Counted from the stretch's first letter, positions 37,070 to 50,109 are shown. The stretch: DNA of 64,000 nucleotides from Camelus ferus (GCF_009834535.1 NC_045697.1:76386001-76450000); one strand, 5' to 3'. Notes: generated by a model from the letters alone, not told the origin. Translations and numbers: made by a program.

Positions 37070-38045
37070 AGAACCCCACTTCACACAAACAATTTTTCTT
37101 TTTAATCAACTAAATATATTCCCACCTTTAGGCCACCCACACCTTTCTTAAGTATCTCCATCCGCCTCCTGGGTGCAGTGAGAAAAAAATGAAAGGAAAT
37201 TACCCTAATGGAACCAAAGAAGGGAGACCATCAGACTTGGAGCTCAGCCTACTGATTACCTATTTGCTGTTTAAAGAAAGTATCCTTTATTATTACGTGT
37301 GCCCAAATTCCTTGAATTAAGAAAACAGACCTTCGATTTTCAACCTCAACATTTATATGATTATTTTTGGTCTTTCCTTTATAAAGCTTTTTTACCCTCT
37401 TGTATTGCAATGAAGGTGAAAGGTTTACCTTTAATTTTCTCCTCTAATAATTACAGCTTTTAAATATGGGTAAGTTATAGGTTATTGTATATACCTGGCC
37501 AGACCAGTACCTTTACAGTGATCAGAGAAATGGCTAAAACACCCTCCCTGGCATTAACTAAGAAAGAAAATTTTGGTAAAGAGTTCTAAGAGCATTCATA
37601 AATTGGTTTTGTGAAGTCAGTTTCATTTGTAATATGCATATATGAAAACTTACACATAGTGCGTAGTCTCAAAGCAATCCTAACTTAACCTTTTACTTCC
37701 CTTTTTATTTTCAAGAAAAATAGGTTCTTTCTAGAATGTGTTTTACTAGTAGTCTTACTCTCTTGCTTTTCCATCCATTGCAATGCTTTGGAATGGATTA
37801 CAGAAAGACACTTGGATACCTAGCACTGAAGGCCCTGGAAAACAGAATATCGATTCCTGGAGTACGTTCCCATCTGAATGCACAGGAATGGGACAATCGA
37901 ACTCTAAGTTCTTTCCATGCCCTTAATTTGATAAAGCAATTCGTAAAGCAGCACATTAATAATCCATAGCTCATTTATCCTGTAATTCCCTTTCTGAACA
38001 AGTTTCCTCCTAACTAATACCAGTTCAAACTGGTGAGACTTCAGA

Positions 38046-38155
38046 CAAGTGGTTTCTCAATCTTGACCACACAACAGAATCATCTGAGGAGCTTCAGAAA
38101 AGTGCTGCTGATGGGCCCCGCCCTGGAGGCTCATTCAATGTGTTTTGAGTACAGA
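38046..38155. mobile_element. MER5A-like MITE fragment
   Basis: gtggtttctcaatcttgaccacacaacagaatcatctgaggagctt...gggccccgccctggagg. Confidence 0.7.
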
Positions 38156-39199
38156 AGCACAGCTTGATTATTTGGTTACCATGTCATCAAAGCAGATTAA
38201 AAGGGAGGGGGGAAGCTGTTTCCCTTCTGCTTGGCTGTCTTGACAGCTAACAAATTATTTTTTCACACCGGAAAGAAAAATGGTAACTTTTTTTATTTTT
38301 TTACTTTTAGTAAATAAAGTATGTTAACTCTAAGAGGTGGTTGGCCCCTCAAACAGCATGGCAACGCACAGAAAGACAGTTGGGTGGGTCTGCATGGTCT
38401 TTCTATAAATGTCAACACCCACTTTGGGTCCCAAAGTAAATGTTTTTAATATTGTCTCATTCTGGACTGTTTAAACACGCACTATATCAGCTTGTCTGCA
38501 TTTCCTAATGTAATAACACGAACGTTTCCTGCAGCTCATTCTGGTTTTTCACTGGACATTAATTCTTTATTACATGTATTCTCCCTCTGAAAAACTACAT
38601 CAGAAAAGGTTACAGGATGTAATACTGATCAGCACAGTATTCTTGAGGGGTTAAGACCCAAATCTTTGTTAAGGAAAATACTGCAGTTGTCCACATAGAT
38701 GTGAGCTATACCTGACCCTGTGTCCTTGGTTTCTTCCTGGTCTTCAACAAGGTAGCTTTAATATACCCTGCTGCCATTTTCCAGGAATTCTCAGTCATTG
38801 ATGGATGGGATTTCTATTTGTGTTAGTTCTTAGAAAGAAGTAGATGGGGCAGAGGACTGAGGGTGTAGCTGCTTTTTACCTCCATCCTATTCTTCTTCCA
38901 GTCCTGCTAACGGGAGGAATGAAAGCAGCCCCACAAGAAAACTTTTTGCCCCCAAGCACTTTTAGGGTCAAGGCTGGGAATCCAGTGGGTGCAACCTCCC
39001 AAACCCTCTCTGGGCCACCCCCGTCAAACCTTTAGTTCCTGGGTTTCAACGTAGAGTGTGATAGCATAAAAAGTCTTTCTTACCCAAATAAGGACATTTT
39101 AAGAGATGGTTTAGGTGGCGTGGAGAGGAGAGAGGAAAAAAAAAATGGAGTTAGAAAAAAACCTCTGTAAAATTTTTTCTTATGAACCTGGATTTTTAA

Positions 39200-39405
39200 A
39201 ATTATACCACAGCATTTTTCTCCTGTTGGCGCTCACTTCCCCTGGTTGGTATAAAAGCAGCAACAACACCCGCCTTTGTAGTCTCTCTCCTCTGTGTGCA
39301 GCCCCTGGTTTGTGAGAGGAAGTTTTAACCCTCTATGAGGTGAATGCCAGGAATCGTTCTAGGATGATTTACCAGAAGTCAGTCAGGAAGCTGACATGTG
39401 GTGTC
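39200..39405 (+). promoter_or_regulatory. Candidate promoter/enhancer: PU.1/ETS sites, TATA box, RUNX motifs
   Basis: cacttcccct (39234-39243, PU.1-type on minus), TATAAAAG (39250-39257), gagaggaagt (39314-39323), accaca and tgtggt motifs; lies in non-repetitive sequence. Confidence 0.35.
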
Positions 39406-42400
39406 TGTTTGTAAAGGAAGAAGCACAGAGCCAGGGCGTTTCATGTCACTGTGAGAACCCACATTGACCTTTGATATAGAAACAGGTAGTATGATTATTT
39501 CAATATCATGCTTTCAAATGAGAAATTTAACCTTACATCTGACTACTCCCATATCCCTCGTGGCACAATGTGGAGCCTATGTCGGTTTGATTCAGAACCA
39601 CTAACTCTTAAAACTGCTAAAGAAGCTGCCCCAGTCTCCCTTCTCCATTTGGGTTCCCTCTCAAGCACAGACAAGCTCTGTTGTTTTCTTATGGTCACCC
39701 AGCAACACAGGCTTAGAACCAGTCTTCTTTGTTCACCTCAGTGCTCATTCAATCCCCCAAGTTACTTCTTTTGCTGGGAAATAGACATTTTAAATTGTAA
39801 GCTACTAGAAGACAGAGACTGTGTGTTTTAACCCGAATAGTAAAATGCCCAACTCAAAGCAATGGAAAATACCAACCTGGGAGACAAGAGACCTAGAATC
39901 TTGGCTTAACTGTGCTGCTTGCCCTAGCAAGTCATTTGGTAAAATGAGGGCATTGGTTTATATGAAATCGAAGGTCTTTCTAGCTTATAATTGTGCACTG
40001 AAGAAAAATACTCGTCAACAGATGTCAACTGCCAAACACCATTCACAAGCCTTTCCATCATGGCGCCACTGTCTTCTCGCTCTTCCTGTGCCCTGCCCAG
40101 CCACCCTGCTCTGCTGTGACAGACCCCCACTCAGCCCAGAAACTGTAACTGGCCCGCTTTTCACCACCTCTTTCCAAGGCTATGTGACTGAATCACTACT
40201 GTGTGTTTTGGTTATGTTTTCTCACTCAAGTGTGATCACAACACTTGTCATCTTCCACATTTACATCCAGAAACCCCAGCAATGGCGTAGAGAAAGGAGT
40301 GTTCTTCTTGAGGGAAAGGATAAAATGGTGCTGTTGTATTTCTCCATCTGTGTTTTCAGAGCCCTTGAAAGGGCAGCATACTTGTTATTTAAAAGGTTAT
40401 GATATTCAGAGAGAAAAAAATATCGTCAGGGTACAGTAGCTGCACTGGGTTTTGCTCCAAAGGCAGGAAATAGCTTGGCCAACCTGAAAATAAAATATGC
40501 TTCTCCTAAGCAGCTAAGCTTGTTAGACTCCCAGTCTGGTGGCAGGAGCAGCGTTGCATACATAATGTGGACACGCCAATTCTTTTTCCAGAGATTTAAA
40601 AAACTCTTTCTCCTATTTTTTAATTCCACAAAAAGATTTTCCAAAATACAAAAAAGATTTTGCTCCCATGTTTCAACTATCTTCATTCCTCAGATTTATT
40701 ACTGTTGTTGCTTTCCCAGCAGACATTACCCAACATACCCTCAGGGAAAGGAAAGCTCTCAGCCCATCAACTTTCTGATGCCTCAGGAACCCACTTTTTC
40801 CAGAGAAGAGTAAATGGGTCACTTCCCTCCTCTGGCCTCACTACAAATGCTACCCACGCTTGCCCCCTATCCTATTTTCAGAAATGAATGACCAACTCAA
40901 TTCTGCAAGGCCTCGACTACATCCGGTTAAGGTCACGGTTGATACTTAAAAGCAGTGGTCTTTTTTTCCCCCCCGAAGGCTAGTTTCTATCCCTCCCTCC
41001 ACCCTTCCTCCCTTTCCCTTTTCCCTCTCCTTCTTCAATAGTGCTGTTATGAAGGGTCTGGCCACACACAGAGAATATTACAGGAATAAAACCTGGGAAA
41101 GAGCACACAGTTATGAAATACTAAACTTAAACTTCTCTTTATTTTGCTCCCTCAATTCTCCTCCCCCTCCAAGAAAACACGAACCCCGGCAGATTTGTGG
41201 TTCATGTTATCTTCAGCTGTAAAAGCCAGCTGAACCAACAGTGCAGCCTTCTCTGTTTCCTGCTGCCTAGAGTTTTCAAAAGGAGCTACTGTAAAGGAAC
41301 AGTTCGCTCTTTGGCCTATTGGACAACTTTCTTAGAGGGAACAGATTAACTAGAATCAGGCAGAGAAAGAACTCTGTACATCGTAGAGTTCTATACAAAT
41401 GAAATATATTAGCCTTGGGAGTTACTCCACAGCAGTTAAAGAGAGGAGGGGCAAGGACAGGAAAGTCAGAATGCCAGTTAGTGCCAGAACACGGTATTCT
41501 GCTTTTTCAGGAGTGATTTTTAAAAAGAGATGAAGAAGAAAGAAAGTCGAAGGATCTGTGCATTTCTTCAGTCAGCTCCAACCTAGGAACTGCAGTGGGG
41601 ATTTGGCCTGAGGAAAGATTACCACATCAGACATTGATTCAGCTAAAGCCAACCCATTTCAAGGTGTCACCCATTAATTTATTGACTGCAAATAGGAATT
41701 TTGCCCAAGGCCAGAACTCACAATTGGTCCCAGTTGACCTGAAATAGACTTCCACAAGTGGCTGGGGAAAGGGAGTCTGTCTTTCGGATGTCTCTCCCTG
41801 GTCCACTCTTTCTTTCTTTATTACATCTCCTGCTCCATCACACCGATAACACAGCATTCAAAGAGCTTCATTAGTCGATGGTGTGCAAACAGCTGCTCAA
41901 AGGATTTGCGACTGGATTGATCCTGACGCTGCCAGTACAGATAGCACAGGGCAGAAATGACTGTGCTATCCAATTTTGACATCATCCCCTTTTCTTTCTT
42001 TCCCATCCCATGTGCTAAACGTTCATTTAGTAAAAGAAAAGACAATATTCTTACAGAGTGGCTCCTTGCATTATGATGAAAGTCTTGGTTTATACATGTT
42101 TTCATATAAATACAAAATGGCTACTATTTTTCACTTCTGAAATGCATATTTAACATGCAAGCTACAAAAGTGAGAAAGAATATTAAAGTAATATTTTGGG
42201 GAGTGATGACATGTGTAGCATTCTTAATAGTTAATCATTGAGACTGGAAAATGAATAGTCATTTGATGTAGGTGGGAAATGGGCTAATGTTTTGCTAAGA
42301 TTAAAGAGTAACTCTTCTCTTCCCTCCAATTGTGAGGCGATTTTTAAGACCCTCTGTGACATGCAGCTGAACTCGAGCTGCCCTTATAAGACCTGGCGAC

Positions 42401-42675
42401 CCAGAGGCTAGAAACCAAATTATTTCTACCTTAGAGAAATGAACAATCACATAGGTTCACAAGGAAGCTTATGTAAAGATGGTCTTTGTAGCATTTCCAG
42501 TAGCTAAAAACAAACAATCCAAAAGCCACATAATTGCAAATCACAGGGGAATGGCTAAATAAATACGACTTACCTATGCTACAGAACTCTACAACACAGT
42601 TAAAAAGAATGAGGTGAAATTCATGTACTAATAAGGACCTATCTCTCAGACACAGCAATTAAAAAAACCCATACT

Positions 42676-43383
42676 GAACACTTAGACATTGTTGATCAGA
42701 ATGTAAAGTGGTCCAACTACTGTGGAAAAAAATATGAAGGTTTCTCAAAAAATTAAACATAGAGCTACTACACAATCCAGAAATTCCACTTTTGGGTATA
42801 CTGCCCCAATAATGAAAAGGAGATTTTGATGAGATGTGTGCACTCCCATGTTTATTGCAGCATTATTCACAATAGCCAAGATATGGAAACAACCCAAATG
42901 CCCCCTTCATTGTATGAATGGATGAAAAAGATGTGGGATATATATATACAATGGAATATTATTCAGCCATGAGAAAGGAGAATATCCTTCCATTTGTGAC
43001 AACATGAATGGACCTTGTGCACATAATGCTAAGTGAAATAAGTCAGACAGAAAAACAAGTAGTGTATGAGAGCACTTATATGTGGAATCTAAACCTGTAA
43101 AAAACGGAGAGTAAAATGGCAGATACCAGGGGATGGTAGGGAGAGGAATTAGAGTGATGGTGCTGAGGGGTACAAACTTGAAACGAGTAGTAAATAAACC
43201 ACAGAGCTCTAATGCAGAGTATAATGAATATAGTCAATAATACTGTACTATAATTACATAATGTAATAAATATCCCTACATCAGCAATCATATTACAATA
43301 TATAAATGTATCAAAGTAACATGCTGTGCACCTTAAATTTATCCAATATTACATTCTGAATGTATTCAATAATAAAAAATTTT
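42676..43383 (+). mobile_element. L1 (L1MA-like) 3' fragment with degenerate TSD
   Basis: L1 ORF2 end and 3'UTR (cccatgtttattgcagcattattcacaatagccaagatatggaaacaacc...); flanks attaaaaaaacccatact and attaaaacaacacatact. Confidence 0.88.
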
Positions 43384-43540
43384 ATTAAAACAACACATAC
43401 TATTTATATTAAAAACATACACACATAAAACAACACTTTACAGCTTCTACCTAGAAGAAGGTCTGTGAAGAAAACATGGTAAACTGATAAAAGATTCCCT
43501 TGGGAGAGGCTGGGGTGGAACTGGGATTAGGAATAGTGAT

Positions 43541-44383
43541 GTTCAAAAAATGGGCAGACCTCAACGAGGTATCACCTAATACCGGTCAGAATGGTCATCA
43601 TTAAAAAGGCTACAAAAGATAAATGCTGGAAAGGGTGTGGCGAAGAGAGAACCCTCTTACACTGTTGATGGCAATGTAGTTTGGTGCAGCCACTATGGAA
43701 AACAGTATGAAGTATGAGTCTAAAAATAGACTCACCATATGATCCAGAAATCCCACTCCTGGGCATATATCTGAAGAAAACTCTAATTTGAAAAATACAT
43801 ACACCCCAATATTCAGAGCAGCACTATTTACAATAGCCAAGACATGGAAGCAATCTAAAAATGTCCATGAACAGATTATTGAATAAAGAAGTTGTGATAT
43901 ACATTACAATGGAATACTACTCAGCCATAAAAAAGAATGAAATAATGCCACTTGCAGCAACATGGATGGAGCTAGAGATTATCATACTAAGTGAAGTAAG
44001 TCAGACAGAGAAAGATCTATATCACTTACATATGGAATCTTAAAATAAATGACACAAATGAACTTATTTACAAAACAGAAAGAGATTCACAGACACAGAA
44101 AACAATCTTACAGTTACCAAAGGGGAAAGTGGGGGGAAGGGATAAATTAGGAGTGTGGCATTAGCAGATACAAATTACTACATGCAAAATAAACAAGGTC
44201 CTGATGTATAGCACTGGGAACTATAGTCACTAGCTTATAATAATATACTCAGTAGCTTATAATAACCTATAATGAAAAAGAATATGAAAAAAAAAAAAAA
44301 CCATGTATAACTGTATCACTGTGCTGTACACCAGAAAATAATACAACATTGTATGTCAACTATATATACTTCAATAAAAAAAA
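43541..44383 (+). mobile_element. L1 3' fragment (younger, artiodactyl-type 3'UTR)
   Basis: gaggtatcacc...aaatgctggaaagggtgtgg...MEYYSAIKKNEIMPLAATWMELEIIILSEVSQTEKD; 3'UTR ends caactatatatacttcaataaaaaaa. Confidence 0.9.
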
Positions 44384-46284
44384 GAATGGCGGTAAAAGGG
44401 GAGTTTAGTCTTCTATTTAATATTTTCACTTTTTACAAAGAAACCATATCCATATATTACTTATGCAGTTTAAATTTAAGTCCTTTTAAACAATCACAGT
44501 ATTATGAGGTTAAAACATTAATTTCTTGCTTTGCTCTATTTAGCAGGCCCTTAATACTATCATGAAAATCAGCTATTCCTCTTCCTGAGGCTTATGTACT
44601 CCTGATGTTCTGTTGTAGCAGAGCAATGGGAAAGGAGAGCAAACAAAGTCGAATTGGAACTAAATCTCAACATGGAATAAAACATCAATTATCTCCCTTC
44701 TCCACTCTTTCTTGGATCTACTACTTCTCAGTGGCCACCCACAGCTACCCTGAGAGAAACAGAATCTTAGAACTGTGAGGCTCCATAGCTTTTGCTTTGG
44801 CCCCCTTGTTTTTAAGGTGAGGGGACTGGTGTGCTCAAGTTAGAGTCCATTGCTTCCAAGGACTAATCCTGTTCTCCACAACTGCATTCTATTGCCCTCC
44901 CTTGGGAGGGAGGTGGGGGCGGGTTGTCATCCCCGTCCAGCTCTGCAAACTCCTCCTACTAATTTCAGCAGCAAAAAGGTTGCTTTTTTCCTGAAAAGAT
45001 GTTCTACAAAGTAAATTTTTTGTGATGATAAATTTCAGTAATACTACTAATTTAAAAAAAAAACCTCAAAAAAAGTTAAGACCAGAAGGTAGATTCAGTT
45101 TTAATGAAGTGTTCTTCTTTTACCTTGCTTTTATGTTGCTCCTTTTTATCTCTTCATCAAGGAAACTGTGTTCCATCGAGCCTCGGGGTATGATAAATAA
45201 CTTACAAGGATGCACAGTTGTACATTACTCTCTTGACAGGGTGACTCACAACACTGATAGGTATTATCTACATTCTTTAAATGGTTTCCTGCAGGGGTAA
45301 ACCCACGCACATGCACACCCAGAAATACAAAAGCACATGAGGATCAAATTTCTACAGGTGACTTGTTTGGCCCATCCCTATTTCCTTGCAAAAGGTTGCT
45401 TAGAAAACTGCAACTACATTCAAAAAGGCATAGGCAACTGAGGAACAGATGTCAGCATTCTCCTTGGATCTGGAGCCTTCCAGGATGGTTCAGTAAACAG
45501 CTCATCTCTCTAGCTGTCCAGTCCTTCGTGGGCTCCAGGAGAAAAGGGTGGTGGTTGTGCTGGCTGGGAGAGGCATGAACAGACTGAAACCGTGCCTCCC
45601 TAGCCGTGCTTAAGAAACTTTTTCCCAAGTGTTTTTCCAAAAAGAGGGAGTTCCATAAAGCGACATTTCTCCCTTTGAACTTGAGCCTTTTGGCATTTTC
45701 ATTTACATCTGCTTAAACAGACGCAGGACCAGGGCTTATCAGTCCAGCACGTGCTGGGGCCTTCTAAACCATGAAAGGAAGCTCTGGTAAAATTATGATT
45801 TTTTTATACCTGACAAGCTGTGACCTGTAGAAAGCTTTGCGTTCTGGCAGAAACACAAAATCAATTGAGTTTCATCTAAACCATTCTCTGGCTTTCAAGA
45901 CCCTTTGATAAATCTCAGATGGAAATTCTTCAGTCCCACAGAAGCTCAGGAGGGCAACCGTACACTTTGATTTTTGACTTTATCATGTAATTGAGGTGGC
46001 GTTTTTATTGATCAGCTGCTCACTGGATCAGTGGGTTTATTAATCTGCTTTTCTAGTCAAATAACTTGATGGGACTTCATTTTAAAGTGATTGTAGTGTC
46101 TGCAATAGGGCTCCCCGTGGGCAGTGACCATAAGTTACTGAAGTCAACATTTTATTACAAAGCCCACACACAAGCAGGATAAAGATTCAATCAAGTTGGG
46201 AAAATTGAGAGCCTTAACATCAACTTCCTGAATTACTGCAACAATTGGCTTCTTTGCTTGGGGGGAAGGGGAAGGGAGAAAATT

Positions 46285-47000
46285 AATCCACTCTCCACAC
46301 TCCAGCAGGAGCTATCTTTCTAAAACACAAATCCGATCATGCCTGTACTCTGTATAAAGCCCCACTGCTCTTGGTATAAAGAACAGAAGACTCGTCCTAG
46401 CCTACAACATCTTCCAAGTCCTACCTTTCTAGGCTTATCTCTTGCCACTCACACTGAAAGCTCTGCCACCCGACACTTTACAGTTGAAGGAAACTCACCA
46501 GCCTCCCTCTTACTTCTCGGCTTTTAAACAGGACAGTCTTTCCGCTTCCCCTACTCTTCAGCTAACTAATCCTTATTTGCCCTTCGGGACAGTTTAACTA
46601 TCACTTCTTCCAGACTCTTCGGGAGTTTACAGCATTTAACACACCAATTTGAATTTTCCTTCTATCTTTGACATTAGATTGTAAATTCTTTGAGAACAGG
46701 GATCACATCTTAGACACCACGTTTGTTGCAGTGTATTTCGTAATACGTACACATTTTTGCCCCTCCAGAGTATGTATTCCTCTCTGGAAACATGTTGTAT
46801 GATGTCTGTCTTCCCAGCCAGAGAAACCTCCATGAGAGCTTCTCTGGCTCATCCACAGCATGTAGCAGGTTTGGGACACATAGGAGGCATTTAATAATAC
46901 TTTGCTTAATATTAATGTAATATTAAAAAATAGTATATTTGCTTAATTAACTCTCTGCAAAGCCTAGCACAGGGTCTGGCAGGTACTCAGAATTCACTGA
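46285..47000 (+). mobile_element. L2 LINE fragments
   Basis: tctccacactccagcaggagctatctttctaaaacacaaatccgatcatg...ttagattgtaaattctttgagaacaggg...gcctagcacagggtctggc. Confidence 0.65.
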
Positions 47001-47666
47001 CTCTAAGGCACCACTGACGGTGAGATGCATCACTATTTAATATGACTTGGGAATGGGAAAAAAGCCTCCCCCAGATGATGACATACACTTATTGAAATGA
47101 TGACACTATGCTTTCTGATTACTTCGACATTTATCTATTTAGTGTAAGAGAATTATTTAGTCATAGATATGTATCATAGCTCTTGCATGTGTAAAAAAGA
47201 AAATATAAGCAAAATAAATAGGTCCAATTCCCTAAACTTCTTCATACTCAGAGTCTAACTCTGCTGAATTACCTTCTAAATTCAGAGTGGTCATTTGTGC
47301 CATCACAAGTGTTGGTGTGGCACTATTTTTTCAAAGAGTGTGCCACTATTATCTCTGGGATTTTCTTTCAAGCCATTGACACCCACCATTTTGCAAGTTT
47401 CGGGGCTAGAGCCTTGTTGATCCTACCAAGTGTTAGATTTCAAAGGACAATTCATGTGCCTTTCTCAAATAGTCCTTAAGAAGTCAGGTGACAGAAATAG
47501 GAAGAGACTCAGTTATCCAACTGTGCCACCAGGAATGGTAGCCAAGTAGTACAATTGATTGTTCCAGCTGACAGTAATGCAACCCACCATTAATGTTAAA
47601 ACTTCACGTAATTTTAGAGTAATAAAATATGAATAAATATCTGGCTTAGAATTGATGCAATGTATA

Positions 47667-47790
47667 GGGGGAAGGTATAGCTCACTGGTAAGAGTGCATG
47701 CCTAGCATGCACAAAGTCCTGGGTTCAATCCCCCAATACCTCCATCAAAAATAAATAAATTCAATAAACCTAAATACCCTCCTCGAAAAA
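47667..47790 (+). mobile_element. tRNA-Ala-derived SINE (Vic-1-like), TSD-flanked
   Basis: gggggaaggtatagctcactggtaagagtgcatgcctagcatgcacaaagtcctgggttcaatcccc...; flanks agaattgatgcaat (47648) and agaactgatgtaat (47791). Confidence 0.9.
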
Positions 47791-48606
47791 AGAACTGATG
47801 TAATAGGTATGTGTACTGAATAAGTGAGATTGATGGAGAAAAACAGTACAGAAAAATAATTCTAGGAAGTTAATCCTCAAGATATAAGTAATTTCACATT
47901 CAAATTCTGGTCTCATTCACTGAAAATATACTATGTGCCAACCCTGGTGCTTGGTTCATTTGTTTACATTATTTCATTTAATTTAACAATATGTGCATAA
48001 TTCCCAGGTGTTATAATCAGTTCCCAGAGTGAAACAGATCTACTTTATTTATCATTCTGTCTCCAGAAATCCTCATTGACCTGGAAATTACTCACATCAA
48101 TATCACAATAAAAACTGATTTTCACAATTTTGCAATCAGAAAAGATCTTCATAATCATCAATTAAATATTGGGTTCAGCATAGTTTTACTGTCAAAGATA
48201 TTCTATAATAATTCCTGAGGACTGGTAATCTATGTCATGCATATTCTTCTTAATTAAAATATTTAATTAACTTGAAGTTCCCATATAGCTTCAAAAAGCA
48301 ACTATTAAATTAAAATGCAAAGACTCATACTCTTAACTCAAAGATGGAACAAACAGCTAGAAAAGTTCATTTCAGCCTTGGTTTTGAAAAAGTCTGAAAT
48401 GCTGCAAATAGTTTCAAAAGGTATCTTGAAATTGTCAAAACAAATATCGAGACAAAATCAAATCCAATTCTCTCTAATTTAAAAATATAGGCACGCTATG
48501 TAAGGTAGAATTAGGAGACTGGGTGTTATACTCCAAAGGCTAAGAATTACTCAATTGGGTAAAATCTCCACCCACATCAATTTGAGACCAATTCTCATAA
48601 AACCAG

Positions 48607-48608
<2 letters not shown>

Positions 48609-48638
<30 letters not shown>
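48609..48638. repeat. (GT)15 microsatellite
   Basis: Perfect GT run. Confidence 0.97.
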
Positions 48639-48641
<3 letters not shown>

Positions 48642-49520
48642 GCCAAAAATAACCAATTAATGGATCAGAGCTATCCAAAGCTTATCTGATGATGAATCTT
48701 TCAGGAGATGTTGTCTCAAGTAATCTATTATCTATTAATCCCCATTTCCTTCCAGCCACAGAGCCTTGTCTCCTTCAAGCTGCCCTGTGGCAGCTCTGAT
48801 CTATATGCTGTGAAATCATCCCAGCCGCATCATTCTCCAGCATTATTTGAAATTTGGGTGTTTGACATCCGAAGAAGAAGTGGAGAAAAGTTCCATGGTG
48901 GGCCTGACAGTACAGAGGCCAATTTCTAAAGGGCAGAGTAATAAAATGTCATTCACTCACACAAGCCCCTGCGGTTTTCAAAGCAAGAGCCAGTGTGTTT
49001 TCTGCCACAATCTCAGAAGGGCAATTAGTGGAGGGGGAAAGGGGCGGGGGAGTCTGAAGCCTTGCCAGTGTGTAACTGTACCGGCTACAAAGATCAGTTG
49101 TTAGCTCACTTCCCTGGTTACTGGGGATAACGTGGATGGCGGTCATAATCCACGTGGTGAGGGTGATGCTTTGGGATGTGTTTGTTTGTTTGTTTTTAAT
49201 ATTACAGTGGGTGGTGCTCAATCTGAGGGCCAGCCTAATTTACATAGCTGCACAAAGCCCTGCGCCTGCAGTTAGTTCCCAGTTGAAATGAACTATCCTT
49301 ACCGATCATATGAGCAGGACTTTCTGACCGGGGCTGGAGATTAGAAGGATTCATTCACCTGTGGAAAGGCCAAGGCGGGAGAACCCTCCCCTCCAGAGAA
49401 GGAAGGAATCTACACGAGCGGGAAGAGAAGAGGGAGAGCGAAGCCCAGGCTGCGTGGGGGCAGGGGGAGGCTGTCAGGGCAGCTCTCCAGGCCCTGCGGG
49501 CCCAGTTTCTGTCCTGTCCT

Positions 49521-49777
49521 CAGGGCGGGCGTCCCCAGCAGGCACAGGGGGCACAGTGCCTGGGAACACAGTACTTTCAGGGGCCTATGAAAAGGTTTTA
49601 TTTCTTTAGAAATCAGAAGGAAAAAAATGAACTTTAATGTTGAAGAAGATATTTTAATATATAATATTAATATATTGGTCTTTATTCCAACATAAAAGAA
49701 ATTATATTAATTTCTTAAATTAAATTAGAAATTATAAAGAAGTGCCTTATGCCGACGAAAGTCACAGTGTGGTCCTG
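49521..49777 (+). mobile_element. hAT-Tip100 MITE (ORSL-like), copy 2
   Basis: Ends cagggc...gtcctg; ggcacagtgcctgggaacacagtactttcaggggcctatgaaaa...atataatattaatatatt; partial TSD cctgtcct/cctgttgt. Confidence 0.75.
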
Positions 49778-49854
49778 CCTGTTGTACTAGGTTAAATGAT
49801 ACAAAATGGCTGAGAACCAACCATTTTAGACCTATAAACAGAGTGGCTAGTCAG

Positions 49855-50012
49855 TGTGTAGAAAATTTCAGTTAAGGAAGATGAATAGGTTCTGGAGATC
49901 TGGTGTACAACTGAGTGCCTGTAGAGGACAATCCCGCACTGTACACTTAAATCTGTTAAGAGGGCTGATCTCATGTTCAGTGTTCTTGCCGTAATAAAAT
50001 GTAAAACAAAAT
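49855..50012 (+). mobile_element. L1 (L1MA10/L1MB-like) 3' terminal fragment
   Basis: atttcagttaaggaagatgaataggttctggagatctg...ctgtacacttaaatctgttaagagggctgatctcatgttcagtgttctt...aataaaa. Confidence 0.75.
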
Positions 50013-50109
50013 ACAGTTTAGACCTAATACCTACTCTCAGAGGACCTTTTGCTAGTGTGTAGAAAATCTCAGCTCAAGCTAGACAGGCAGAGAAGGTAGA
50101 GAAAGCAGT

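Larger units (their letters stand above)
42420..44475 (+). mobile_element. Old L1ME-like 3' end split by two younger L1 insertions
   Basis: L1ME-like pieces at about 42420-42675, 43384-43540 and 44386-44475 (aaaaggggagtttagtc...tttttacaaag...catatattacttatg) read as one element once the inserts are removed. Confidence 0.6.

Noticed and set aside
39821..40402. Longest ORF in the track (193 aa)
   Set aside because: It starts in L2/MIR-like relics, has a non-ATG start and random-looking composition, and I recognise no homology.
41821..42105. 94-aa minus-strand ORF in unique sequence
   Set aside because: No recognisable homology or exon boundaries; length is compatible with chance.
36354..49777. 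Similar 250-bp segments at 36354 and 49521 as a segmental duplication
   Set aside because: Similarity is confined to the MITE and the flanks differ, indicating independent insertions.
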